Shown here piece by piece: positions 50,725 through 63,647 of a stretch of DNA of 64,000 nt; within the stretch, counting starts at the first letter, position 1; the number at the start of each line of letters is the position of its first letter. The stretch is from Mobula birostris. Its lineage: Eukaryota. Both the position numbers and the translations under genes were made by a program. The notes under the pieces are model-generated. The model was not told the DNA's origin, did no database searches, and saw only the letters and a program-made list of their open reading frames with translations. The stretch covers positions 96,127,064 to 96,191,063 of the forward strand of contig NC_092371.1 of the NCBI RefSeq assembly GCF_030028105.1, in the 5' to 3' direction.

Positions 50725-51710
50725 AAGTTGAAAAGATGGTTTCTTTTTATCTATTATCAATGTGTATAATCTGAAGTGTTAACATTTATATGGAAAGTCT
50801 CTGAATAGATCAGCTCTCCCTGATTTGATTAAGTCTCCTTTCTACCACATGGTATTGGTAAAGTGCGCATTTTCAAGTTTTGAGGACGATTTTTTGAAAA
50901 CTATCCGCATGCCGGTCAGTTTTTGTTGGAGTCCAAAATACTGTGCTGTAGCAGAACCGAAAGGACAGCACCCAGCATTGCACTGTTATTGACCCTTGTG
51001 TCTTGGGCCAGGTTCACCACTTCAAACCATTGGAGACACCATTGTTTGAGTGTAAGGAGAAGATGAGTTATATAAAAAGAAAGATAGATTGTAAAGATTG
51101 ATTGATAGATTGTAAGCTTGGCTTAAATTCATCTATTATTTTCACTATTTGTGTATTTATCTGTTTCAGGAACTAATTTTAATTAAAACATTAGTTCAGT
51201 TGTTTAATAACATGTTCCAATTTTAATATATTTTACAAATATTTCAATATCAGAGTATATTACTTTCATGGTAGTGTTGTTTGTGCTAGACGGGTTTCGG
51301 ATTGCTGAAAGCCGAAGTGCCGAAAAAACAGACCACAAGGAAGACAAATATTATTTTAGCCTTTGTCATGAGAGCGATCTAAGTACACGAATGGTGACGT
51401 CTTTCTGTAATTTTGATATCGCCGCTTGAAAAGATGGAGGGGTTTCAACAAATATTCACCAGACTAGTTCCAGGGACAGTAAACTCAGCATATGAGAATA
51501 ATGTGTGTGTTTTCTCCAGAACTTACGAGTATAAGGGGAGATCTCGGTGAAGTTTAAAATTCCAACAGATCTTAACACGCTGCATGACGACAAGAGACTT
51601 TCCAAGATGTTAGTCCACAACCATGGCTCCAGTCTTAGACTGAGCGGTTGCTACTAGGAACTGAAGTGAGAAGAATTCCGGGACTTTTGACGGAAAATTT
51701 GCTAGGGGCA
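50725..51710. repeat. Third, more diverged copy of the block flanking the minus-strand C exon
   Basis: Matches 15765-16910 (AATTAAAAC.TTAGTT.A.TTGT.TAATAACATG.TCCAATTTTAATATA; CTACTAGGAAC.GAAGTGAGAAG) but lacks the ~1 kb SINE-bearing segment shared by copies A and B. Confidence 0.8.
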
Positions 51711-51769
51711 TAGTTTTCTTCTTTCGATTGTTCCTTCTTTCCTCTCCGTTCTATAAGTGTATACCTCAG

Positions 51770-52660
51770 ATAAATATTATGTGGAGATTTGTGAGAAATA
51801 TGATTGTGAGAGTAAGCGTTCGGCATGGACTAGAAGGACCGAGATGGCCTGTTTCCGTGCTGTAATTGTTATATCCATGTTCGGCACAGCATTATGGGCC
51901 AAAGAATCTCTATTGTTCTGTAGGTTTTCTATGTTTTTATGTTTCTATTACCGGATAGCTTATGTTGTTCCGCTGTTTAAGAAAGGCTCTAAAAATAAAC
52001 CAGGTAATTAAAGGCGGGTGAGCCTGGCATTAGTCGTGGGAAAGTTGTTGGGAGATACGCTAAGGGACCGGATATATGAGTATTTGGATAGAGAGATTTT
52101 GATTAGGGATGGTCAGCATGGCTTTGTTCGTGTTAAGTCGAGTCGAAACAAGTTTTCTGAGGAAGTTACCAGAAAAATGGATGAAGGCAGTGGATGTTGC
52201 TTACATGGACGTTAGCAAAGCATTTTAAAAGGTCCCGCATGGGAAGCTGGTCAAGTTGCTTGGTGTTAATGTTGAGGTAATCAAATATATTAGAGATTGT
52301 TTTGAGGGAGAAACCAGAGAGTGACAGTAGATGGTTAGCTCTCTTACTGGAGGCCTGTGACAAGTGAAGTGTCACTGCGATCGGTGCTGGGTCCATTATT
52401 GCTTGTCATCTATATCAATCATCTGACTGGTAATGTGGTTATCTAGATCAGCAAATTTGAGGTTGACACCAAGATTGGCGGTGTAGTGGGCAGCGAGGGA
52501 GGCTGTCAGAGCTTCCAGCGGGATCTGACCCAGTTCGAAAAATGGGCTGAAAGATGACAGATGAAATTTACTGCTGACAAGTACAAGGTGTTGCACTTTG
52601 GTAGAACCAACCAGGGCGGTCTTACACACTGAACGGCAGGGCACTGTAGAATGTCGGGGT
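51770..52660 (+). mobile_element. Stacked CR1 3' tails and decayed CR1 RT fragment (52555-52700 paralogous to 33825-33990)
   Basis: GGCCTGTTTCCGTGCTGTA tail; [34 protein letters not shown] remnants. Confidence 0.75.
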
Positions 52661-53165
52661 TGGTGTCAAAGGTCAAAGTACATCTATGATCAGTGTTTAC
52701 TATACACAACATTGATATTCATCCCGTGATAAGCAGCCACAAAACAAAGAAACCCAATAGAACCCATTAAAAAGGCAGAATGTCAAACACCCGATGTGCA
52801 TGGGGGGGGGGGGGGGATCGTTTAACAATAAGGGTACGCAAATAGCATTCAAAACTCAAGTTCATGAACAGCCAAAAGACCGTCAGAAAGCTATAGAAGC
52901 AAGCCCTGCGGTCTCCGATGTCGTTGCTAACCATCTACACGAATTGAAAATTAAAGCAATAAATTGAACAATAATGTCAGTATTAGAAGAAAATTTAGAG
53001 TCTGTAAGTGAACCACAGAGAGTCAGAGAGAATGAACAGCAATCAGCTAGGAAGGCAAGAGGCTTTGATTATATTGGTAAATAAACCAATAGTGCACTCC
53101 CAACTTAACAAGACGCAGCTGAAATTTTTGTTTTTTATTTATTTACAGTCTTTCTGACCCAATAA

Positions 53166-53395
53166 GTCGCACGTGGTTGGTACGTGGCCAAGTGGTTAAG
53201 GCGGTCGTCTAGTGATTTGAAGGTCACTAGTTCGAGCCTCAGCTGTGGCAGCGTGCTTGTGTCCTTGAGCAAGGCACTTAATCACTGCTCTAGTCTGTGC
53301 GAGGAGTGGCGCCCCACACATACTTGCAATATGCGCCTGATAAGGCATGAAAATGCCCGACGCAGGCCTCTCATGGTCTGAGTCGACGTCCCCCA
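53166..53395 (+). mobile_element. tRNA-derived CORE-type SINE
   Basis: A box TGGCCAAGTGG (53185-53195), B box GTTCGAGCC (53230-53238), then GTGTCCTTGAGCAAGGCACTTAA core-like motif. Confidence 0.75.
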
Positions 53396-53404
53396 TCCCC
53401 GACC

Positions 53405-53625
53405 TAATAAGCTGCACAGACCAGCAACCTACTATTGCTCCTAGGCTCATCACAGGTCAACTTGCAATATGGATCTTTGGAACGTGGGAGGAAACCGTAG
53501 CAGCCGGCGGTAACCCACGCGTTTATGGAGAGGAACGTACAAATTCTTTACAAAGGACGTCGAGATTGAACTCAAACTCCGCGACTGCTAGCTGTAACAG
53601 CGTCTCACTAATTGTTACACTATCG
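53405..53625 (-). mobile_element. V-SINE fragment
   Basis: GTGGGAGGAAACCG..GCA.CCGG.GGTAACCCACGCG is the reverse V-domain. Confidence 0.6.
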
Positions 53626-54856
53626 AGGCGCTTAGTTGGAGCAGATTATAAATCCCTCTCCAAGGATGGATACAAATGCGTTGACATGAAAAGGATTCGT
53701 CCGTTTTGCATCACAGCGTAGGCGTTAATTCTATGTGGACAAGTTAAACGGAAAATACCTAAACTCTCTAGAGCACCCTTTTTGCCCTGGAGGAACCCTT
53801 GAAATAATTGTCGAGTCTGCATAAAAATTATTAGATCTGTAACTGACGGTACATTAGCATGATGAGTAAGCTGTAAATATAATCATCCAAGAGTAATTAT
53901 CAATGCTCTTTTAAGAAGGGTACGAATTTTTAGCCAATCTTTCTTGACAAAAAGGTAGATAAGCCTAACTTGCCTTTCTTGAAATTAATCTCCTACTTTC
54001 CCTTTCATAAGTATTAATAAGCTCAAGGAAAACATAATAAATTTCTATTAAAGATCCGGCTTCAGACAAAATCGGATTTAATTTTTCTAATGTCAGGCTC
54101 GATACATTTAACTTAAGTAAAAGTTGTAAATTGATTTCAATGAATGCTATTTACAACATGCAAAACTATTTGCAATGTTCAAAGAGTGTGTTGTGACAGC
54201 ATCAGAATTTTCTTCTTCACAAGTTAAGATTTTTAGCACTATGCTGTAGGTATTTCATTTTAGTAGTTCTGTAAGAGGAATCTGTTCTTCTTTCAGCTTG
54301 TTTGAATTTAAGCGAAGATAAGAGGCTTGTTATTCAATTTAGGAATGTGCTTCCAGCCAATCAGGATAGTGGGATTGGGAGAAGGTCCTGGAGAATGCTG
54401 GGTTGAAGGTTCTTGTTGGCGGGAGCTGGAAGAAGACTGGGGAAAAGATGGCTGAGGTTGCCATCCCTGTTGTACAAGATGCTTTGTGTAGATGAATGGC
54501 TTAAAAAGGAAGAACCAGTACTGCCGTGGGAGACCCGTTTGTTCGAGATGGATTTCGAGCGACGTTCGGATGGTGGTGTGTGCTTTCCCGCAGACCGAGG
54601 GTCCAGCGCGTGAGTGACAGACAAGTCCAAGATGAGCTCCAACTTAAGAACACATTTGACTGTTTTAGAGTAATGGGCCCTATTTGTTTCTTGTTCGTTC
54701 TTTCATTTAATAGCTGTTTGCTTAAATAAACATTTTTAAATATACTTTATAAATTGTATGCAGTATAAGATCTGTTATTTCTTGGCGGGGCACTAAATCA
54801 TACAGAATTCACACAACCGGGGTTTGGCTGGACCAACGTTGTATACACCTTAGAAA

Positions 54857-55002
54857 CAAAAACAACAGGAATTTTGCAGATGCTGGAAATTCAAGCAACA
54901 CACTTCAAAGTTGCTGGTGAACGCAGCAGGCCAGGCAGCATCTGTAGGAAGAGGTGCAGTCGACGTTTCAGGCCGAGACCCTTCGTCAGGACTAACCTTA
55001 GG
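54857..55002 (+). mobile_element. Penelope-type terminal-repeat insertion with 14-bp TSD
   Basis: ATACACCTTAGAAA at 54843-54856 and 55003-55016; absent from the second hAT copy. Confidence 0.75.
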
Positions 55003-57916
55003 ATACACCTTAGAAAGGTGGGTTTATCACCGCGGAATCCAATGGCTATTAGCGAGGGGCAAACAAGCCGCTTTTCCGGAGACACCCAGAGAAAGGGGGT
55101 TTCACAAGAGACACAAAACCTCTCATGGAACCAACCATTGATGGGGCACCACCAGTACAGATGTCAACAGAGTTCGTCCAAGACAGTCACTTTGTTTCCA
55201 GATATGGAGACAAAACATTAAATATACTTGACCCTTGCTTGTTTTGGGCAGCTCTTTGCAACGGGAAAAAAGTTTTCTTGAATTTCACTATCATTTACAA
55301 ATCTTATAAATGCTATGGCATTCATTGGTGAAATCTGTTGACTCATCAACCTGGATAGAGAAGCTTGTGTTTTTCAGTTTATCATATAAAACCCCTTCAG
55401 CATCATGCGACATATCTATCGTACTGTTTGTTGGTGAAACCTTTCAAATTTCTTGTAGTGCATCTTGACCTGGCATTTTACCCACTATAATTTTACATGC
55501 TGGCATTATTAGGTGTTCACCAACTGTATGACTTTTCCTTTTCTGGGTAATAGCTTGCTGCTGAGACTTTTTACTGACTGTGACTTTATTAACAGAAGCT
55601 TTACTCTGTTTGCTTTGAGATACCAATAGCCACGTAGAATAATCAGAATTTTTACATGTCATACGGCTGTGATTTGTAGTTAAATGACTTTTTCAATTTT
55701 GCTGGAGCTATTGCTGCATGTGTAAGTTGTTTGCCACAGACTAGACACAATGGAATAGGACAACTTAGATCACCAGTCCATGTAAAACCCACTGAAAAGT
55801 AACTTTCATTATATAGGTGGACAGTATAATAAGAGCTGCATAATAAATAACTGAACGAAAAAAACGGCAAAAATAACCAAAACTTCACAATACACAAACA
55901 AGACAAAATCTGCAGGTGCTAGAAATCGGAGCAACACAGGCAAAATGCTGGAGGAACTCAGCAGGTCAGGCAGCAACTATGGAAAAAAGTGCAGTCGACG
56001 TTTCGAGCCGAAACCCTTTGGCAGGATAGGTTCACAATACAATTCACTTCTGACCTATAAAATCCACCTTTTGCAACATTTACAACAGCAGCAAAGCGGT
56101 AGGTCAACAGCTGAGTCTAAAACTTCCTTCTTTAGAATGAAACGCTCTCTCCAATTTTCTCTACACTAGTAGAAATCCGAGCAACACAGGCAAAATGCTG
56201 CAGGAACTCAGAGTTAATTCGTAAGGAAGAGGCTGACGTCACAGCCCAAGTTGGGCGAATCCCGTTCAAAGCTCGGAAAACGCACTTCACGCTCCTCATC
56301 AGCCAACGGTCGTCCCCTCTGTGCAATACAGCATTCACCAATTATCAGTCTACCGTCCTCCCCTCCGTGCAATACAGCACTCACCAATTATCAGATTACC
56401 GTCCTCCCCTCCGTGATTTCGATTAATGCTATTTAAAACATGCAAAATTATTTGCAATGTTGAAGGAGTGTGTTATGACAGCATCAGAATTTTCTTTTTT
56501 ACAAGTGTGGCGCCCGGATTAAGATTTTTACTGCTATCCTGTAGGTATTTCATCTGTAAGAGCAGTCTGTTCTGCTTTCGGCTTGCTTGGGTTTGAGCTA
56601 AGATAAAAAGTTTGTTATTCAACTTAGGAATTTTCTGCCAGCCAATCAGGATAGTGAAATTAGGAGAAGGTTCTGGCAAACGCTTTGCTTTTGTTGGCGG
56701 GAACCGGAAGAAGACAGTGGTGAAAGATGGCTGAGGATGCCTTACCTGTTGCACAAGGTACTTTGTGTAGATGAATAGCTTCAAAAAGAAGAAGCAATAG
56801 AACCGTGGGAGACCCGATTGTCCGAGATGGATTTCGAGCGACGCTTGGACGGTGGTGTGGGTTAGGGTTAGGGTCCAGACAAGTTCAAGATGAGCTCCAA
56901 CTTAAGTGCATATTTGACTGTTTAAGAGTAATAGGCTCTTGTTGTTTTTTTTCTTTCATTCATTTAATAACAGTTTGCTCAAGTTAACATTCTAAAATAT
57001 ACTTTATAAATTGTACGTGGTATACGATCTGTTATTTCTTGCCGAGGGCAGTAAATCACACAGCATTCTGACAACCGGGGTTTGGATGGACCAACGTTGC
57101 AGACACCCTAAACGTACGAAGCTGGAAAAAGGTGGGTTTTTCACCGCGGAAACCAATGGCTATTAGTGAGGTGCGAACGAGCCGCTTTTCCGGAGACGGT
57201 CAGAGAAAGTGGGTTTCACAAGAGAAACGAAACCTCTCGTGGAACCAACCATTGATCGGCCACCATCAATATCAACACAGTTCCCCCAAGACAGACACTT
57301 TTTTTCCAGATATGAAGGCCAAACATTAAATATAACTTGGCCTTTGCTTGTTTCGGGCAGCACTTTGCAACACAAAAAGTTTTCTTGAATTTCACCATTA
57401 TTTATAAATTTTGCAAATGTCACAACATAACATTTATTGGTGAAATTTATTGACTCATCAACCTGGATAGAGTATCTGTTGTTTTTCAGCTTATCACACA
57501 AAACCTTTTCAGCATCCTGTGATATGTCATCAATACATCGACTATCGTACTGTTTGTGGGTGAAATCTTTTCAATTTCTCGTACTGAATCTTGTCCTAGC
57601 AATTTACCCATGATAATTTTACATGCTGGCATTATTAGGTTCTCACCAACTGTGTGACATTTTCTCTTCTGGGTAACAGTTTATTTCTGAAACTTTTACT
57701 GACTGACCTATTAACAAAAGCTTTAGTCTGTTCGTTTTGAGATTCCAATAACCGATTAGAATAATCAACATTTTTACATGTCTTATGACTGTGCTTTGTA
57801 GTTAAGTGACTTTTCAATTTTGCTCGAACCCTTGGTTCAGTTGTAAGTTGTTTGCCATAGACTAGGCACAATGGAATAGGACAACGTGGATCACCAGTCT
57901 ATGTAAAACCCTCTGA

Positions 57917-59150
57917 TGTCATGGTCCGGTCTGTGAAGTCCGCATTCCGGTTCACAGTCCGTCCATCGATCCGTATTCCAGGTTTTCCAGTTTTCCCTTG
58001 TCCTGCTGTGTGCCTTAATTGAGGCACATGATTCTGATTTTGGGCTGGCTACATAAATAGCTCCTGGGTTCAGCTTCAATTCCTGAACTGTTCCCACCCA
58101 TTCCCCTTCCTTCCGAAGCCTCGCCTGCTACCTTCGCCTGTGTCCTCGCCTGTAACGCCGTCAAGTTCAACCACCAGGGCAAGACCGGGGTCTTGCTGTG
58201 TCTAGATAAGGACTGTCTTTCGTTGTTTGGAACTGCCTCTCTTTGTGTCCTCGCCTTCGCTAGGTAAGTCTGGCCGTTTGCCGCTACCTTGAGTTGAGAA
58301 TAGTCTCTGTGTCCACGTTTTCGCTAGGTAGGTCCGGCCGTTTGCCGCTACCTTGTGTTCGGAACTGTCTCATCGTGTTCAGCATTCTGTGAATGAGTCC
58401 CAGCCCTACGTCCTGTTTCCAAGGAGGGGTCTCGGCTCTGTGTTCCATATTCCTGTCTCTCAAGACCAAGGCTCTGTGTTCTGCGTTCCTGTCTGCCAAA
58501 AATACCAATGCTCTGTGTTCTGCGTTCCAGTCTCCCAAGATTACCAAGGCTCTGCGTTCTGCGTTCCTGTTCTCCCTAGACCAAGTGTCTGCGTTCCTGT
58601 TCTCCCTCGACTAAGGCTCTGCGTTCCTATTCTCCCTCGAGTAAAGCTCTGCTTTCCTGTTCTTCCTCGACCAAGGCTCTGCTTTCCTGTTCTCCCTCGA
58701 CCAAGTCAAGTCTTCGTGTTCTCGTCCTGTCCGTGTGCCTCGCCCAGCCCGGTGCTGAGGTTCCCTCATCCTTTGCTGGGGTTCCCCATGGTCCTGTCCG
58801 GGAGTCTCACGTCCATTCCTTTTGCTACTCCTCGTCCTGTAGCCACATCTTGTCCTCGCCTAGATCTGTGGTCCGAGCCCGAGTCAAGACCCAGGTTCCG
58901 GGTCCCTGTCCAGTCTCTGGCTCGGAGTCCTTGCCCAGGTTCCAAGTTCCTATTTTCTCGTCCAGGTCCCGCTTTCCTAGTCTAGTCCTAGCCCAGGCCC
59001 TGTATTCTAGCCTCGTCCAGGGCCTGTGTCTTGTCCAGCGCCGTTTCTTCCCCCAGTTCCCTTGCTTGCTTGACACACCTAGTCCTGTCCTAGTACTTCG
59101 TTGTCTGTGTCGTGCATTTGGGTCCGCTCCCAGCTCCCCCCGATATGTCA
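57917..59150. mobile_element. Solo LTR (same family as 8512-9500, opposite orientation) with internal ~30-bp tandem repeats
   Basis: Starts TGTCATGGTCCGG (reverse complement of the 9500 end); GTGCATTTGGGTCCGC near the other end; CTGA duplicated at 57913-57916 and 59151-59154; repeats CCAAGGCTCTGCGTTCCTGTTCTCCCTCGA at ~58440-58710. Confidence 0.85.
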
Positions 59151-59670
59151 CTGATCAGTAGCTTTTATTGTAAAGGAAGACTGCATAAAAAGAACGGCAA
59201 AATAAGAACATCATTACAAATAACTGAACGAAGTAACCGCAAAAATACGAAAACTTCATAAAAGACAAACATGAGAAAATCTGCTGGAAATACAAGCAAC
59301 GCACACAAAATTTTGGAGGAATTCAGCAGGCAGGGCAGCATCTTTGGAAAAAAGTACGTTCGACGTTTCGAGCTGAAACCCTTCAGCAGGATGGGTTCAC
59401 AATACAATTCACTTCTAACCTACACAATCCACCTTTCGCAACGTTGACAACAGCAAAGCGGCAAGCCAGCAGCTGAGTCTAAAGATTCATTCTTTAGGAT
59501 GAAAATTTCTCTCCAATTTTCTCTACACTCGTAGTTTGCTCGCTCCCATAAGTAGTTGGCGCACGTCAGAGGAAGTTGGGGTGGGATTAAATTCGTGAGG
59601 GGGAGGCTGACGTCACAGCCCAAGTTGGGAGAGTTCACTCGATGCTCGGAGACCGCACTTGACGCTCCTC

Positions 59671-59856
59671 ATCAGCCTACCATCCTCCCCTCCGTGCAAT
59701 ACAGCACTCACCAATTATCAGCCTACTGTCCCCTCCGTGAAATACAGCGCTCACCAATTATCAGCCTACCATCCTCCCCTCCGTGTAATACGGTGCTCAC
59801 CAATTATCAGCCTACCGTCCTCCGCTCCGTGCAATACAGCGCTCACCAATTATCAA
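59671..59856. repeat. 46-bp minisatellite (about 4 copies; about 2.6 copies at 56300-56416)
   Basis: Unit ATCAGCCTACCGTCCTCCCCTCCGTGCAATACAGCACTCACCAATT. Confidence 0.9.
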
Positions 59857-60507
59857 CGGCCTCCCCTATCACGCGTCAAAAACTGAGAATGGACTCAAGC
59901 AAATAAACACGATTCTACTGCGCACTGCCACACTGGGCTGAGAGACCGCTAATGAAATTACCAACGGGGCTGCTCGATCACTGCCAACCACTAGCATCGT
60001 GAGTTGTTCGAATTTCAAAAAACTTTTTGTTTTAAATCATCATCTCTCGAGGAACTCCTGGCGACCACTCGCAGTACCCTAGGTTTCCGCGGAACTCCAG
60101 TTGAGAAAACCTGCTCTAAAGTTTAGAGCGTTTCCTATTCTTTCGAAGATTGCCATTTGAACCCCATCATTTAGAGAAAAGGGGGCGGGCGTAAACTGGC
60201 AACTACAAGCAATTCAACTGCACATCAATGGAAGGAAATCAACGCAATACTAGGGTAGCTATCTATAATTAAGGAACCGATAAGAAGGCACTTGGAAAAT
60301 AATAATAGGAATGGACAGAAACAGCGTGGATTTGTAAATGGGAATTAACGTTGAGCTGGTTTATTGGAGGCTGTTAGTAGCACAATGCGGAAGGTATAAT
60401 CAACAGCATTGTGTATTTTGGACTTTCAGAAGTCCTTCGAATGGAAACAAAAAACACTGTATTAGAGAAAATATATTGACAGGGTCTAAGGGTTAAGGGC
60501 TCGTTTT

Positions 60508-63130
60508 ATGGTTTGAGCTAAGAAATAGCAGGGATAAAAGGACCCTGATGGTAGTTATTTATAGGCCTCCAAACAGCTGCATGGATGTGGACTACAAATT
60601 ACAACTGGAAATAGAAAAGGCTTGTCAGAAGGGCAGTGTTATGATAATTGTGGGGGATTTTAGCATGCGAGTAGATTGGGAAAATCAGGTCAGCACTGGA
60701 TCTCAAGAGAGAGAATTTGTAGAATGTCTGCGCGATGGCTTTTTAGAACAGCTTGCTGTTGAGCCTACTAGGGGATCGGTTGTACTGGATTGGGTATTGT
60801 GTAATGAACCGGAGGTGATTGGAGAGATTGAGGTGAAGGAACCCTTAGGAGGCAGTGATCATAACATGATTGAGTTCACTGTGAAATTAGAAAAGGAGAA
60901 GCCGAAATCTGATGTGTCGATATTTCAGTGGAGTAAAGGAAATTACAGTGGCATGAGAGAGGAACTGGCCAAAGTTGACTGGAAAGAGACACTGGCGGGA
61001 AAGACAACAGAGCAGCAGTGGCTGGAGTTTATGCGAGAAATGAAGAATGTGCAAGACAGGTATATTCCAAAAAAGAAGAAATTTTCGAGTGGGAAAAGGA
61101 TGGTAGTTGACAAGAGAAGTCAAAGCCAAAGTTAAAGCAAAAGAGAGGGCATACAAGGAAGCAAAAATTAGTGGGAAGGGAGAGGATTGGGAAGTTTTTA
61201 AAACCTTACAAAAGGAAACCAAGGTCATTAAGAGAAAAAACATTAACTATGAACGGAAGCTAGCAAATAATATCGAAGAGGATACTAAAAGCTTTCTCAA
61301 GTATACAAAGAGTAAAAGACAGGTGAGAGTAGATACAGGACCGATAGAAAATGATTCTGGAGAAATTGTAATGGGAGATGAGGAGATGGCAGAGCAACTG
61401 AACAAATATTTTGCATCAGTCTTCACTGAGGAAGACAGCAGTATACCGGACACTCAAGGGTGGCACGGAAGAGAAGTGTGCGCAGTCACAATTACGACAG
61501 AGAAAGTACTCAGGAAGCTGAATACTCTAAAGGTAGATAAATCTCCTGGACCAGATGGAATGCACTCGCGTGTTCTGAAGGAAGTAGCTGTGGAGATTGC
61601 GGAGGCATTAGCGATGATCTTTCAAAAGTCGATAGATTCTGGCATGGTTCCGGAGGACTGGAAGATTGCAAATGTCACTCCGCTATTTAAGAAGGGGGCA
61701 AGGAAGCAGAAAGGAAATTATAGACCTGTTAGCTTGACATCCGCGGTTGGGAAGTTGTTGGAGTCGATTGTCAAGGATGAGGTTACAGAGTACCTGGAGG
61801 CATATGACAAGATAGGCAGAACTCAGCATGGATCCCTTAAAGGAAAATCCTGCCTGACAAACCTATTACAATTTTTGAGGAAATTACCAGTAGGATAGTC
61901 AAGGGAGATGCAGTGGATGTTGTATATTTGGATTTTCAGAAGGCCTTTGACAAGGTGCCACACATGAGGCTTCTTAACAAGATAAGAGCCCATGGAATTA
62001 CGGGAAAGTCACATACGTGGATAGAGCGTTGGCTGATTGGCAGGAAACAGAGAGTGGGAATAAAGGTATCCTATTCTGGTTGGCTGCCGGTTACCAGTGG
62101 TGTTCCGCAGGGATCAGTGTTGGGGCTGCTTCTTTTAACATTGTACATCAACGATTTAGATTATGGAATAGATGGCTTTGTGGCTAAGTTTGCTGACGAT
62201 ACGAAGATAGGTGGAGGGGCCGGTAGTGCTGAGGAAACGGAGAGTCTGCAGAGGGACTTGGATAGATTGGAAGAATCGGCAGAGAAGTGGCAAATGAAGT
62301 ACAATGTTGGAAAGTGTATGGTTATGCACTTTGGCAGAAAAAATAAACGGGCAGACTATTATTTAAATGGGGAAAGAATTCAAAGTTCTGAGATGCAACG
62401 GGACTTGGGAGTCCTCGTACAGGATACCCTTAAAGTTAACCTCCAGGTTGAGTCAGTAGTGAAGAAGGCGAATGCAATGTTGGCATTCATTTTTAGAGGA
62501 ATAAAGTATAGGAGCAGGGATGTGATGTTGAGGATCTATAAGGCGCTGGTGAGACCTCACTTGGAGTACTGTGGGCAGTTTTGGTCTCCTTATTTAAGAA
62601 AGGATGTGCTGACGTTGGAGAGGGTACAGAAAAGACTCACGAGAATGATTCCGGGAATGAGAGGGTTAACATATGAGGAACGTTTGTCCGCTCTTGGACT
62701 GTATTCCTTGGAGTTTAGAAGAATGAGGGGAGACCTCATAGAAACATTTCGAATGTTAAAAGGCATGGACAAAGTGGATGTGGCAACGTTGTTTCCCATT
62801 ATGGGGGAGTCTAGTACGAGAGGGCATGACTTAAAGATTGAAGGGCGCCCTTTCAGAACAGAAATGCGAAGAAATTTTTTTAGTCAGAGGGTGGTGAATC
62901 TATGGAATTTGTTGCCACGGGCAGCAGTGGAGGCCAAGTTATCGGGTGTATTTAAGGCAGAGATTGATAGGTATCTGAGTAGCCAGGGCATCAAAGGTTA
63001 TGGTGAGAAGGCAGGGGAGTGGGACTAAATTGGAGAAAATGGATCAGCTCATGATAAAATGGTGGAGCAGACTCTATGGGCCGAATGGCCTACTTCTGCT
63101 CCTTTGTCTTATGGTCTTATGGTCTTATGG
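60508..63130 (+). mobile_element. Young 5'-truncated CR1 LINE with 7-bp TSD
   Basis: ORFs of 195, 263 and 371 aa (endonuclease end, [25 protein letters not shown]); (TCTTATGG)n tail; TCGTTTT at 60501-60507 and 63131-63137. Confidence 0.93.
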
Positions 63131-63647
63131 TCGTTTTGTTTGGCTAATCGTTTCAGAGCTACCACCACTGCTGGTCACAATCTACGTCATTGATCTGTAC
63201 ATGGAGGCCAAATGCAGCACATCCAAATTGTTTGCATTGTGGGTTCTGAGGAGGATATAGAAAAGTGCTGTTTCAATATACAGTTGTGGTGGAAATAAGC
63301 CTATGGCAAATGTCTCCTTATCTGATAGTTAATTAACATGGGGACTGAAAACGGAGGAGAGCTACCTTAACAGATTCCTAAAGGATGAAATGGAACTGAT
63401 GAAATTGACAACCATGGAGATATGGCGATTCCAAACCCCACTTCTCCCTTCTGATGTTTATTACTCGTTTCCAATAAACAAAATTGTGGTCATGCTCATT
63501 CTAAACTTCCTACTTTGTGGTCAGATAAATGCATGTTGTTTGTGTCCTAACTCGAACTGGATCCCATTTATGCGCACTTACTGTGCTTTTCGGGATATAT
63601 TAGTTTCTGCATAAAACTTAACTCATGTTGAAAATCTGAAGCAGAAT

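Larger units (their letters stand above)
53774..60113 (-). mobile_element. hAT DNA transposon (Charlie/Buster, ZBED5/8-like), decayed, internally tandem-duplicated
   Basis: Transposase fragments CLVCGKQL..AKLK.H..TKH, YSIQVDES.NFTNK, IQENFLCCK.LPET.KG..IF; right terminus GTTGAGAAAACCTG; 8-bp TSD CTCTAGAG (53766-53773) / CTCTAAAG (60114-60121); left TIR partly deleted. Confidence 0.85.

Noticed and set aside
53185-53240. tRNA gene
   Set aside because: A and B boxes are present, but the sequence continues into a SINE core with no acceptor stem or terminator.
58353-59161. Long ORFs (210, 142, 108 aa) and the similar 278-aa ORF at 13934-14770
   Set aside because: Low-complexity translations produced by tandem repeats, LTR sequence and antisense CR1; no protein motifs.
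61913-63028. 371-aa ORF as a host gene or active LINE
   Set aside because: RT half of a 5'-truncated CR1; ORF2 is split by a frameshift and a stop, and ORF1 is absent.
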